From contig CM102286.1 of assembly GCA_046563655.1 (NCBI GenBank), positions 9,486,001-9,550,000 of the forward strand: a DNA stretch of 64,000 bases, in the 5' to 3' direction. Below are positions 1 through 10,800 of the stretch, one piece after another. A model generated the notes under the pieces. It was not told the DNA's origin and did not search any database. It was given only the letters and a program-made list of their open reading frames with translations. Source of the stretch: Yuukianura sp. NJ FZ-2021. Taxonomy: Eukaryota. The translations under genes and the position numbers were made by a program. Position 1 is the first letter of the stretch, and each line of letters begins with the position of its first letter.

Positions 1-659
1 AAAAACGCGTGTAGTAGAGACAACGCAAACTTATTGGTCAACATTCCATACTGTAGAATGAATAAGGCAAGCACGGACTATTAGCCTTCGTAAACAACAT
101 CAAGAAACTTTTATCCTGAACCTTGACAACGCGATGTTTCTCAAAATTAGAAGTAGATAAATGAGACTTGGTTAACTTTATTTGTCTCAAACACGTTATC
201 CCCGACAAGAAAGTCCTGTTGTAGTTTTAGTGCCACCGAGAAGCATTTTTGAATTTGCGAATAGTATCACAGGCACGCCTAAAATTAGGCCAACCAGTGA
301 GGTCAAGGTCCTGATTATTCCAATTGATATCGAATTAATTACAACTGCATAGAATCTAGCATGCTACTGCAATTCCCTGTAGTATTTTGGTTGAAATTTT
401 TCAAGTGCAACAATGATTAATCGTTTGAGCCTACTTCTTGTCGCCTCTCTGCCCACTCTAATTTGACAGCCATATGGACTACCAAGCCAAAAAACGCGTG
501 TAGTAGAGACAACGCAAACTTATTGGTCAACATTCCATACTGTAGAATGAATAAGGCAAGCACGGACTATTAGCCTTCGTAAACAACATCAAGAAACTTT
601 TATCCTGAACCTTGACAACGCGATGTTTCTCAAAATTAGAAGTAGGTAAATGAGGCTTG
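1..659. repeat. Satellite A (~487 bp unit), part left of the LINE insertion
   Basis: Same unit as 4841-32990. The sequence stops at ...aaatgaggcttg, where the LINE tail begins. Confidence 0.97.
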
Positions 660-682
660 AGTTTGAGTTTGAGTTTGAGTTT
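659..682 (-). repeat. LINE 3' terminal microsatellite tail (AAACTC)4
   Basis: (gagttt)x4 on the + strand, overlapping tttatt at 680-685 (AATAAA on the minus strand). Confidence 0.9.
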
Positions 683-868
683 ATTGTACTGCAAGTACCC
701 TGCATGCAGGCCATTACACTTGAGTTTGAGTTAAGTTAAGAAAAGATGTGTAGTTTAGTTACTTGGTAGGTCAATGAAAACAAATTCTGAAAAATATGAG
801 TCAATTTAAAAAGAGTTACATTGGTAAAATTGAGATTAAAAGTTAAAATTAATATTATTAAAATTATT

Positions 869-1096
869 TCAGACAAAAGAATTACTTAGGGTAGAGTCAA
901 GACAGGACATATTTGCTAGGTTTGAACTTTTTGTCGTCGTCAAGATTTGTAAATTCAGAAAATGTTTGTGAAGGGCATTCCGGAAGTGTGCAAATGGTTT
1001 GCCAATTCGAAGATCCTGAAGTTCAGTCGGTAGAGCACAGATTATTTTGGCAATTGTAGGAATAAAGGCCTTTGAATGGAAATGTTTGTCATTCAC
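869..1096 (-). pseudogene. Frameshifted C-terminal part of LINE ORF2
   Basis: This frame extends upstream as KSTRSGSYVSV to the A10 run (T run 1124-1133 on +). 'TRS...LP.EL...F...L' resembles the C-terminus of LINE ORF2 proteins. One extra A joins it to ORF2. Confidence 0.7.
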
Positions 1097-3750
1097 TGAA
1101 ACGTAGGATCCGCTTCGTGTTGATTTTTTTTTTGTTTTAGACAGTTTTCAATTTGTAAGATGGTCTCCTGGAAGTATGGAATTTGATGAGACTTCATTTT
1201 AGCAAATACTTGAACCAATTCGAACAGGTTGTGATGAGTAGGTAGTAACCATTGGAGTTCAAAGTTTAGCTTCTCCATGACACAGTCACGTTTTCTGAGT
1301 TGATAGATGAATCTTATACTTTTCCGAAAAATCTTGTTGATGCACTTAAATTGGGAGGTTTTGCAGTTTGCCCAAATGATCAGCATGTATTGCAGAATTG
1401 GAGAGATGTATGAAGTCACCATTAGCTTCCTGTGTTGTTCGGAGAGAAGATTTTGAATTGGGTAGAGTGACCACAGAATTGAATTGCATTTCTTGATTAT
1501 GGAGATGTGATGTTCACACCATGTTAACGTATTATCAATTGTAAGACCGAGTGATTTGAAAGATGTTACACTTGTCACACTAGTGTTTCCCACTTGTAGT
1601 TGAATTAAGCCAATTTTGTCAATTATTTTCTTCTTCCCAATCAAAAGCACTTTGGTTTTTTCTATGTTCAGTGACATATGATTCTTTTCCATCCAGTTAT
1701 TAATTTTTCCAATTAGTATTTCTGCTCTTTGAATTAAGGAATTCACATGGTCTGGATGATCTGCAAGCACAATGTTGTTGTCGTCTGCAAATAGAATTGC
1801 AGACGCATCAGTTATGATATCCAAAAGGTCATTGATCATAATGGCAAACAGTAGAGGACCAAGTACTGAGCCTTGAGGAACTGACAAAATGGTTTGACGG
1901 GAAGTTGAACTTGACTTGTGAATTTCTACATGCTGTGACCTACTGCTCAGATAGGATTCAAACCATTTAGTTGAAATATTGTACCACCGCATTTTATCAA
2001 TAAGGAAACCTTTGTTGACCGTGTCAAAAGCTTTTTTGAGATCTAAGGAAATCACCAGACAGATTTTGCCATGATTAAGGTGAGAGTATATTATGTCCAT
2101 TAGTGCGAGTTGAGCCAGTGTAGTTGAGTGGTGCTGACGAAACCCAAATTGGGCCTTATTCAGTATAGAGTGGCTGTTCAAAAACTCAGTTAATTGATAG
2201 TGAGCAACTTTTTCTAAGAGTTTACCAAGCACTGGTTGGAGGGAGATTGGTCTAGTGTCGGATGGGTGTTTTGGAACTTTTACTTTTGGCAGTGGAATAA
2301 CTTTTGAATGTTGAAGCAACGATGGAAACACTTTTGTTTCAAAGCTTTTGTTTACAAGATTTAGCAGTTGCGTTTTTATGTTAGGCGCACTTTCACTGTG
2401 GGAAAGAATCCAGTTTGAAATGCCGAATTGATCGCTACTTCTGGATTGTTTGTTTTTCACATTCTTCCAAATCTTGTTAAATTGATGAACTGTCACTGGC
2501 TTGAGATCAAAAGTTTCAAGGGGAGTGACCATAGAAGTTGGTTTTATTGGGTAAAGTGTCGATACTGTTTGAGGTGTGGTGATTGAAGTAAAATATTCAT
2601 TGATTTCATCTGCACTCATAGGAAGATCATTGAATTTCGATTTCGTTTTTGACCAGACTTTTGAAATTGCCTTAAAGGGGCCAAGTTTTTCAATGTCAAG
2701 GTTTAAGGTGTCTTTTCTATCACGTAATACAGCCGACTTCACTTTTTTTTTGATTTGTTGTAATTCGAGTTTGAGTACTTGATCTTTATTTTTTACACTT
2801 CCAAGCTGGTCCCTTAATAAAATCAGATTTTTGGTTTCTTGTGAAAGTGTAAGTGGCACAACTTTCGGAACGAATGAAACAGTTTTGGTTTTTGCTGTGT
2901 CCTCAAAGTTGGTTTTGATTTTCTGCATAAATTCTTGGAACTGGGAGTTTAGATCCATATCACTGGTTTGGAATGATGTGAACACATTCTTGAGGCCAAA
3001 TTCCTCAAAGTCAAAATTTTTGTAGTCTCTATACGTAAACTGCACTCGTGGAATTTTTGGCTTCGTCAAGTTGAGTGTAAGAAGGGTCATCGCATGGTCG
3101 GAGAGATGGGGATCGATGACACTATGATCAACTACTGTTGTTTCGGAGTTAGTGAATATTAGGTCAAGTATTGACTCTCCCCTGGTTGGTTGCTCCACTA
3201 GTTGATGAAATATGGATGTTGTTTTTTTAACAAGATGACGACATTTAGGAGGAATGTACTTCTGGTTCAAGTTAAAGTCTCCAAAGACGAAGCTGTTTTT
3301 CCTGCTGAGACTCAATTCATTAAAGAGTTTGTTTAATGAATCTAAATCACTGTTGATTATTTCAGAAGAGTAATTAGGAATACGGTAAACACTGGAGACG
3401 AGAAAGCATTTGTTGTGGTTGAGTTGAATTGATACGGTAATCACTTCAAAGTTACAGTTAAGAGGCAAATTGATAACTTTCACTTTTGACTTCAGCGTAG
3501 ATCTAATAAGGATGCCTACACCTCCTTTTGCTTGCCATTCTCTGTCAAGGTGGAAGAATTCAAATCCTTCTATTGATCTTGGTGGGTTAGTGATCTTGAG
3601 ATGCGTTTCAGAGATACACAAGACGTCGAGATTGTAAGTGTCAATCAGTATTTTTATTAATTCACATTTTGAATTGAATCCACAAACATTAAGTCCAGCA
3701 ATTTTCAATATTTTACAGGAAGTTGATGGAGCCGCGTCAAGATGATCTAG
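1093..3750 (-). CDS. LINE ORF2: AP-type endonuclease plus reverse transcriptase (no AUG start; frame open from the ORF1 stop)
   Basis: Endonuclease motifs LNVCGF, CISETHL, GDFN, LDLIF, SDH. RT motifs RPISL, QFGFR, LDLKKAFDTV, VPQGSVLGPLLF, FADD, SLGL. Confidence 0.96.
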   Translation of the reverse strand, partial: LDHLDAAPSTSCKILKIAGLNVCGFNSKCELIKILIDTYNLDVLCISETHLKITNPPRSIEGFEFFHLDREWQAKGGVGILIRSTLKSKVKVINLPLNCNFEVITVSIQLNHNKCFLVSSVYRIPNYSSEIINSDLDSLNKLFNELSLSRKNSFVFGDFNLNQKYIPPKCRHLVKKTTSIFHQLVEQPTRGESILDLIFTNSETTVVDHSVIDPHLSDHAMTLLTLNLTKPKIPRVQFTYRDYKNFDFEEFGLKNVFTSFQTSDMDLNSQFQEFMQKIKTNFEDTAKTKTVSFVPKVVPLTLSQETKNLILLRDQLGSVKNKDQVLKLELQQIKKKVKSAVLRDRKDTLNLDIEKLGPFKAISKVWSKTKSKFNDLPMSADEINEYFTSITTPQTVSTLYPIKPTSMVTPLETFDLKPVTVHQFNKIWKNVKNKQSRSSDQFGISNWILSHSESAPNIKTQLLNLVNKSFETKVFPSLLQHSKVIPLPKVKVPKHPSDTRPISLQPVLGKLLEKVAHYQLTEFLNSHSILNKAQFGFRQHHSTTLAQLALMDIIYSHLNHGKICLVISLDLKKAFDTVNKGFLIDKMRWYNISTKWFESYLSSRSQHVEIHKSSSTSRQTILSVPQGSVLGPLLFAIMINDLLDIITDASAILFADDNNIVLADHPDHVNSLIQRAEILIGKINNWMEKNHMSLNIEKTKVLLIGKKKIIDKIGLIQLQVGNTSVTSVTSFKSLGLTIDNTLTWCEHHISIIKKCNSILWSLYPIQNLLSEQHRKLMVTSYISPILQYMLIIWANCKTSQFKCINKIFRKSIRFIYQLRKRDCVMEKLNFELQWLLPTHHNLFELVQVFAKMKSHQIPYFQETILQIENCLKQKKNQHEADPTFQ

Positions 3751-4500
3751 TCATTTCTGGTTTGGATGAGAATTATTAACTCGAGGCTGAGGCAAAATTG
3801 TAGGATTTGACGTGCGTTTGAGTGCTCTGTTGATTCTTGTAGCTTTGGGTACGTCATCTCTAAGTACAAGTCTATCACCAGGTGGTGAGGTCGGCAAGTC
3901 AAATCGTTTTCCCCAAACAGCGTTTCTTTCGTTCCTGGATCTGAAAACGATTTTTACGGGAGGAATTCGAGTGCCATTGAAGTTACCAAGACGAGAGGCG
4001 GCAGAGATGAAGTTGGTGTTATTGAGTCCAGTCAATTCAGAGCAGAGATTTTCAATGTAGTCGTTAAGTAGAGATTCAGTTTCATCGGTCAGCTTGTTCA
4101 GTCCATGCAGGATGAGATTCGATTTGCCAAGTTCAATCTGGATTTGTTCAATTTCCTTGTCGTGTGTGGATAGTTTAACAGTGTCCGCATCTTGTCTTGA
4201 TTCCACAATAGAAACTCGGCTTTGTAGTGATGTGATTTGAGAAGAGAGGTCGGTAATTTGCTGGGACAGTTTGTGGTTGTCCTTTTGTAGATCAATTCGA
4301 AGCTGATTAATGGCTGCCAGTACAGTTTCGTTAGCCATTTTCTGTTTCTTAGGGCCAACGGAAGCAGAAGTGTCGTCAACTGAAATATTGGCTTTACGTT
4401 TTGAACTTCTTGTGTTTGGCTGATTTGTGTTCGGCAACTGAAGAACGTTAACAGTGTCTAGTGGAGTATCAATTGTGGAGTCACTGGTTATGGAACTCAT
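3751..4500 (-). CDS. LINE ORF1 protein (coiled coil plus RRM-like RNA-binding region)
   Basis: 249 aa. Heptad-like segment (LSQQITDLSSQITSLQSRV) followed by NLILHGL...RLG...PPVKIVF...LRDDVP, as in L1/CR1/L2-type ORF1. Lies directly upstream of ORF2. Confidence 0.88.
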   Translation of the reverse strand: MSSITSDSTIDTPLDTVNVLQLPNTNQPNTRSSKRKANISVDDTSASVGPKKQKMANETVLAAINQLRIDLQKDNHKLSQQITDLSSQITSLQSRVSIVESRQDADTVKLSTHDKEIEQIQIELGKSNLILHGLNKLTDETESLLNDYIENLCSELTGLNNTNFISAASRLGNFNGTRIPPVKIVFRSRNERNAVWGKRFDLPTSPPGDRLVLRDDVPKATRINRALKRTSNPTILPQPRVNNSHPNQK

Positions 4501-4840
4501 TGGAAGGATGTACGGTGTCCGTCAGGTACCAAAGCATTACTTCCATGTCCGTTTGCTAAAAAATTGCAGTTTACATTAGCAGTATACGTAGTCAGCTGTT
4601 TGAGGTAACTGGTAATATGATTAGAGTGACTACTTATCTTATATATGAAGATAACCAGGATCACCAGGAACAAGGATTGACTATGCAATCAGTCAAACAA
4701 TTGTTCCCGTCACGATGTCACGATGTAGTCCGGATCCAGTGGCCTGTTAAATTTCCATACTCCTCCTGGATGCTCAATTTTTTTTATTTTTTTGGGAGAC
4801 ATTGGAAAGGTCAAGGACAGTAGCATAAAATGATTGGATA

Positions 4841-7800
4841 GCTTGGTTAACTTTATTTGTCTCAAACACGTTATCCCCGAAAAGAAAGTCCTGTTGTAGT
4901 TTTAGTGCCACCAAGAAGCATTTTTGAATTTGCGAATAGTATCACAGGCACGCTTAAAATTAGGCCAACCAGTGAGGTCAAGGTCCTGATTATTCCAAGT
5001 GATATCGAATTAATTACAACTGCAGAATCTAGCATGCTACTGCAATTCCCTGTAGTATTTTGGTTGAAATCTTTCAAGTGCAACAATGATAAATCGTTTG
5101 AGCCTACGTCTTGTCGCCTCTCTGCCCACTCTAATTTTACAGCCATATGGACTACCAAGCCAAAAAACGCGTGTAGTAGAGACAACGCAAACTTATTGGT
5201 CAACATTCCATACTGTAGAATGAATAAGGCAAGCACGGACTATTAGCCTTCGTAAACAACATCAAGAAACTTTTATCCTGAACCTTGACAACGCGATGTT
5301 TCTCAAAATTAGAAGTAGATAAATGAGACTTGGTTAACTTTATTTGTCTCAAACACGTTATCCCCGACAAGAAAGTCCTGTTGTAGTTTTAGTGCCACCG
5401 AGAAGCATTTTTGAATTTGCGAATAGTATCACAGGCACGCCTAAAATTAGGCCAACCAGTGAGGTCAAGGTCCTGATTATTCCAATTGATATCGAATTAA
5501 TTACAACTGCATAGAATCTAGCATGCTACTGCAATTCCCTGTAGTATTTTGGTTGAAATTTTTCAAGTGCAACAATGATTAATCGTTTGAGCCTACTTCT
5601 TGTCGCCTCTCTGCCCACTCTAATTTGACAGCCATATGGACTACCAAGCCAAAAAACGCGTGTAGTAGAGACAACGCAAACTTATTGGTCAACATTCCAT
5701 ACTGTAGAATGAATAAGGCAAGCACGGACTATTAGCCTTCGTAAACAACATCAAGAAACTTTTATTCTGAACCTTGACAACGCGATGTTTCTCAAAATTA
5801 GAAGTAGGTAAATGAGGCTTGGTTAACTTTATTTGTCTCAAACACGTTATCCCCGAAAAGAAAGTCCTGTTGTAGTTTTAGTGCCACCAAGAAGCATTTT
5901 TGAATTTGCGAATAGTATCACAGGCACGCTTAAAATTAGGCCAACCAGTGAGGTCAAGGTCCTGATTATTCCAAGTGATATCGAATTAATTACAACTGCA
6001 GAATCTAGCATACTACTGCAATTCCCTGTAGTATTTTGGTTGAAATCTTTCAAGTGCAACAATGATAAATCGTTTGAGCCTACGTCTTGTCGCCTCTCTG
6101 CCCACTCTAATTTTACAGCCATATGGACTACCAAGCCAAAAAACGCGTGTAGTAGAGACAACGCAAACTTATTGGTCAACATTCCATACTGTAGAATGAA
6201 TAAGGCAAGCACGGACTATTAGCCTTCGTAAACAACATCAAGAAACTTTTATCCTGAACCTTGACAACGCGATGTTTCTCAAAATTAGAAGTAGATAAAT
6301 GAGGACTTGGTTAACTTTATTTGTCTCAAACACGTTATCCCCGACAAGAAAGTCCTGTTGTAGTTTTAGTGCCACCGAGAAGCATTTTTGAATTTGCGAA
6401 TAGTATCACAGGCACGCCTAAAATTAGGCCAACCAGTGAGGTCAAGGTCCTGATTATTCCAATTGATATCGAATTAATTACAACTGCATAGAATCTAGCA
6501 TGCTACTGCAATTCCCTGTAGTATTTTGGTTGAAATTTTTCAAGTGCAACAATGATTAATCGTTTGAGCCTACTTCTTGTCGCCTCTCTGCCCACTCTAA
6601 TTTGACAGCCATATGGACTACCAAGCCAAAAAACGCGTGTAGTAGAGACAACGCAAACTTATTGGTCAACATTCCATACTGTAGAATGAATAAGGCAAGC
6701 ACGGACTATTAGCCTTCGTAAACAACATCAAGAAACTTTTATCCTGAACCTTGACAACGCGATGTTTCTCAAAATTAGAAGTAGGTAAATGAGGCTTGGT
6801 TAACTTTATTTGTCTCAAACACGTTATCCCCGAAAAGAAAGTCCTGTTGTAGTTTTAGTGCCACCAAGAAGCATTTTTGAATTTGCGAATAGTATCACAG
6901 GCACGCTTAAAATTAGGCCAACCAGTGAGGTCAAGGTCCTGATTATTCCAAGTGATATCGAATTAATTACAACTGCAGAATCTAGCATGCTACTGCAATT
7001 CCCTGTAGTATTTTGGTTGAAATCTTTCAAGTGCAACAATGATAAATCGTTTGAGCCTACGTCTTGTCGCCTCTCTGCCCACTCTAATTTTACAGCCATA
7101 TGGACTACCAAGCCAAAAAACGCGTGTAGTAGAGACAACGCAAACTTGTTGGCCAACATTCCATACTGTAGAATGAATAAGGCAAGCACGGACTATTAGC
7201 CTTCGTAAACAACATCAAGAAACTTTTATCCTGAACCTTGACAACGCGATGTTTCTCAAAATTAGAAGTAGATAAATGAGGCTTGGTTAACTTTATTTGT
7301 CTCAAACACGTTATCCCCGACAAGAAAGTCCTGTTGTAGTTTTAGTGCCACCAAGAAGCATTTTTGAAGTTTGCGAATAGTATCACAGGCACGCTTAAAA
7401 TTAGGCCAACCAGTGAGGTCAAGGTCCTGATTATTCCAAGTGATATCGAATTAATTACAACTGCAGAATCTAGCATGCTACTGCAATTCCCTGTAGTATT
7501 TTGGTTGAAATTTTTCAAGTGCAACAATGATTAGTCGTTTGAGCCTACTTCTTGTCTCCTCTCTGCCCACTCTAATTTTATAGCCTTATGGACTATCAAG
7601 CCAAAAAACGCGTGTAGTAGAGACAACGCAAACTTGTTGGCCAGCATTCCATACTGTAGAATGAATAAGGCAAGCACGGACTATTAGCCTTCGTAAACAA
7701 CATCAAGAAACTTTTATTCTGAACCTTGACAACGCGATGTTTCTCAAAATTAGAAGTAGGTAAATGAGGCTTGGTTAACTTTATTTGTCTCAAACACGTT

Positions 7801-10800
7801 ATCCCCGAAAAGAAAGTCCTGTTGTAGTTTTAGTGCCACCGAGAAGCATTTTTGAATTTGCGAATAGTATCACAGGCACGCCTAAAATTAGGCCAACCAG
7901 TGAGGTCAAGGTCCTGATTATTCCAATTGATATCGAATTAATTACAACTGCATAGAATCTAGCATGCTACTGCAATTCCCTGTAGTATTTTGGTTGAAAT
8001 TTTTCAAGTGCAACAATGATTAATCGTTTGAGCCTACTTCTTGTCGCCTCTCTGCCCACTCTAATTTGACAGCCATATGGACTACCAAGCCAAAAAACGC
8101 GTGTAGTAGAGACAACGCAAACTTATTGGTCAACATTCCATACTGTAGAATGAATAAGGCAAGCACGGACTATTAGCCTTCGTAAACAACATCAAGAAAC
8201 TTTTATCCTGAACCTTGACAACGCGATGTTTCTCAAAATTAGAAGTAGGTAAATGAGGCTTGGTTAACTTTATTTGTCTCAAACACGTTATCCCCGAAAA
8301 GAAAGTCCTGTTGTAGTTTTAGTGCCACCAAGAAGCATTTTTGAATTTGCGAATAGTATCACAGGCACGCTTAAAATTAGGCCAACCAGTGAGGTCAAGG
8401 TCCTGAATATTCCAAGTGATATCGAATTAATTACAACTGCAGAATCTAGCATGCTACTGCAATTCCCTGTAGTATTTTGGTTGAAATCTTTCAAGTGCAA
8501 CAATGATAAATCGTTTGAGCCTACGTCTTGTCGCCTCTCTGCCCACTCTAATTTTACAGCCATATGGACTACCAAGCCAAAAAACGCGTGTAGTAGAGAC
8601 AACGCAAACTTGTTGGCCAACATTCCATACTGTAGAATGAATAAGGCAAGCACGGACTATTAGCCTTCGTAAACAACATCAAGAAACTTTTATCCTGAAC
8701 CTTGACAACGCGATGTTTCTCAAAATTAGAAGTAGATAAATGAGGCTTGGTTAACTTTATTTGTCTCAAACACGTTATCCCCGACAAGAAAGTCCTGTTG
8801 TAGTTTTAGTGCCACCAAGAAGCATTTTTGAGTTTGCGAATAGTATCACAGGCACGCTTAAAATTAGGCCAACCAGTGAGGTCAAGGTTCTGATTATTCC
8901 AAGTGATATCGAATTAATTACAACTGCAGAATCTAGCATGCTACTGCAATTCCCTGTAGTATTTTGGTTGAAATTTTTCAAGTGCAACAATGATTAGTCG
9001 TTTGAGCCTACTTCTTGTCTCCTCTCTGCCCACTCTAATTTTATAGCCATATGGACTATCAAGCCAAAAAAACGCGTGTAGTAGAGACAACGCAAACTTG
9101 TTGGCCAGCATTCCATACTGTAGAATGAATAAGGCAAGCACGGACTATTAGCCTTCGTAAACAACATCAAGAAACTTTTATCCTGAACCTTGACAACGCG
9201 ATGTTTCTCAAAATTAGAAGTACGTAAATGAGGCTTGGTTAACTTTATTTGTCTCAAACACGTTATCCCCGACAAGAAAGTCCTGTTGTAGTTTTAGTGC
9301 CACCAAGAAGCATTTTTGAATTTGCGAATAGTATCACAGGCACGCTTAAAATTAGGCCAACCAGTGAGGTCAAGGTCCTGATTATTCCAATTGATATCGA
9401 ATTAATTACAACTGCATAGAATATAGCATGCTACTGCAATTCCTTGTAGTATTTTGGTTGAAATCTTTCAAGTGCAACAATGATAAATCGTTTGAGCCTA
9501 CGTCTTGTCGCCTCTCTGCCCACTCTAATTTTACAGCCATATGGACTACCAAGCCAAAAAACGCGTGTAGTAGAGACAACGCAAACTTGTTGGCCAACAT
9601 TCCATACTGTAGAATGAATAAGGCAAGCACGGACTATTAGCCTTCGTAAACAACATCAAGAAACTTTTATCCTGAACCTTGACAACGCGATGTTTCTCAA
9701 AATTAGAAGTACGTAAATGAGGCTTGGTTAACTTTATTTGTCTCAAACACGTTATCCCCGACAAGAAAGTCCTGTTGTAGTTTTAGTGCCACCAAGAAGC
9801 ATTTTTGAATTTGCGAATAGTATCACAGGCACGCTTAAAATTAGGCCAACCAGTGAGGTCAAGGTCCTGATTATTCCAATTGATATCGAATTAATTACAA
9901 CTGCATAGAATATAGCATGCTACTGCAATTCCTTGTAGTATTTTGGTTGAAATTTTTCAAGTGCAACAATGATTAGTCGTTTGAGCCTACTTCTTGTCGC
10001 CTCTCTGCCCACTCTAATTTTACAGCCATATGGACTACCAAGCCAAAAAACGCGTGTAGTAGAGACAACGCAAACTTGTTGGCCAACATTCCATACTGTA
10101 GAATGAATAAGGCAAGCACGGACTATTAGCCTTCGTAAACAACATCAAGAAACTTTTATCCTGAAACTTGACAACGCGATGTTTCTCAAAATTAGAAGTA
10201 GATAAATGAGGCTTGGTTAACTTTATTTGTCTCAAACACGTTATCCCCGAAAAGAAAGTCCTGTTGTAGTTTTAGTGCCACCAAGAAGCATTTTTGAATT
10301 TGCGAATAGTATCACAGGCACGCTTAAAATTAGGCCAACCAGTGAGGTCAAGGTCCTGATTATTCCAATTGATATCGAATTAATTACAACTGCAGAATCT
10401 AGCATGCTACTGCAATTCCCTGTAGTATTTTGGTTGAAATTTTTCAAGTGCAACAATGATTAATCGTTTGAGCCTACTTCTTGTCGCCTCTCTGTCCACT
10501 CTAATTTTATAGCCATATGGACTACCAAGCAAAAAACGCGTGTAGTAGAGACAACGCAAACTTATTGGTCAACATTCCATACTGTAGAATGAATAAGGCA
10601 AGCACGGACTATTAGCCTTCGTAAACAACATCAAGAAACTTTTATCCTGAACCTTGACAACGCGATGTTTCTCAAAATTAGAAGTAGATAAATGAGGACT
10701 TGGTTAACTTTATTTGTCTCAAACACGTTATCCCCGACAAGAAAGTCCTGTTGTAGTTTTAGTGCCACCAAGAAGCATTTTTGAATTTGCGAATAGTATC

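Larger units (their letters stand above)
660..4840 (-). mobile_element. Apparently full-length non-LTR retrotransposon (LINE), CR1/L2-group-like, inserted in satellite A
   Basis: 5' UTR, ORF1 and APE-RT ORF2, then a 3' UTR with AATAAA and an (AAACTC)4 tail. Flanked by a GCTTG direct repeat (655-659 and 4841-4845), and the satellite resumes in register. Clade assignment is inferred from the ORF1 type and the short-tandem-repeat tail. Confidence 0.93.

Noticed and set aside
659..682. Telomeric repeat (GAGTTT)n
   Set aside because: Only four copies, located exactly at the LINE 3' end after AATAAA, so it is the element's tail.
4497..4823. Short ORFs in the LINE 5' UTR (4497-4688 minus, 4617-4823 plus)
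   Set aside because: No motifs and under 70 aa. The minus one begins at TTG. No support as genes.
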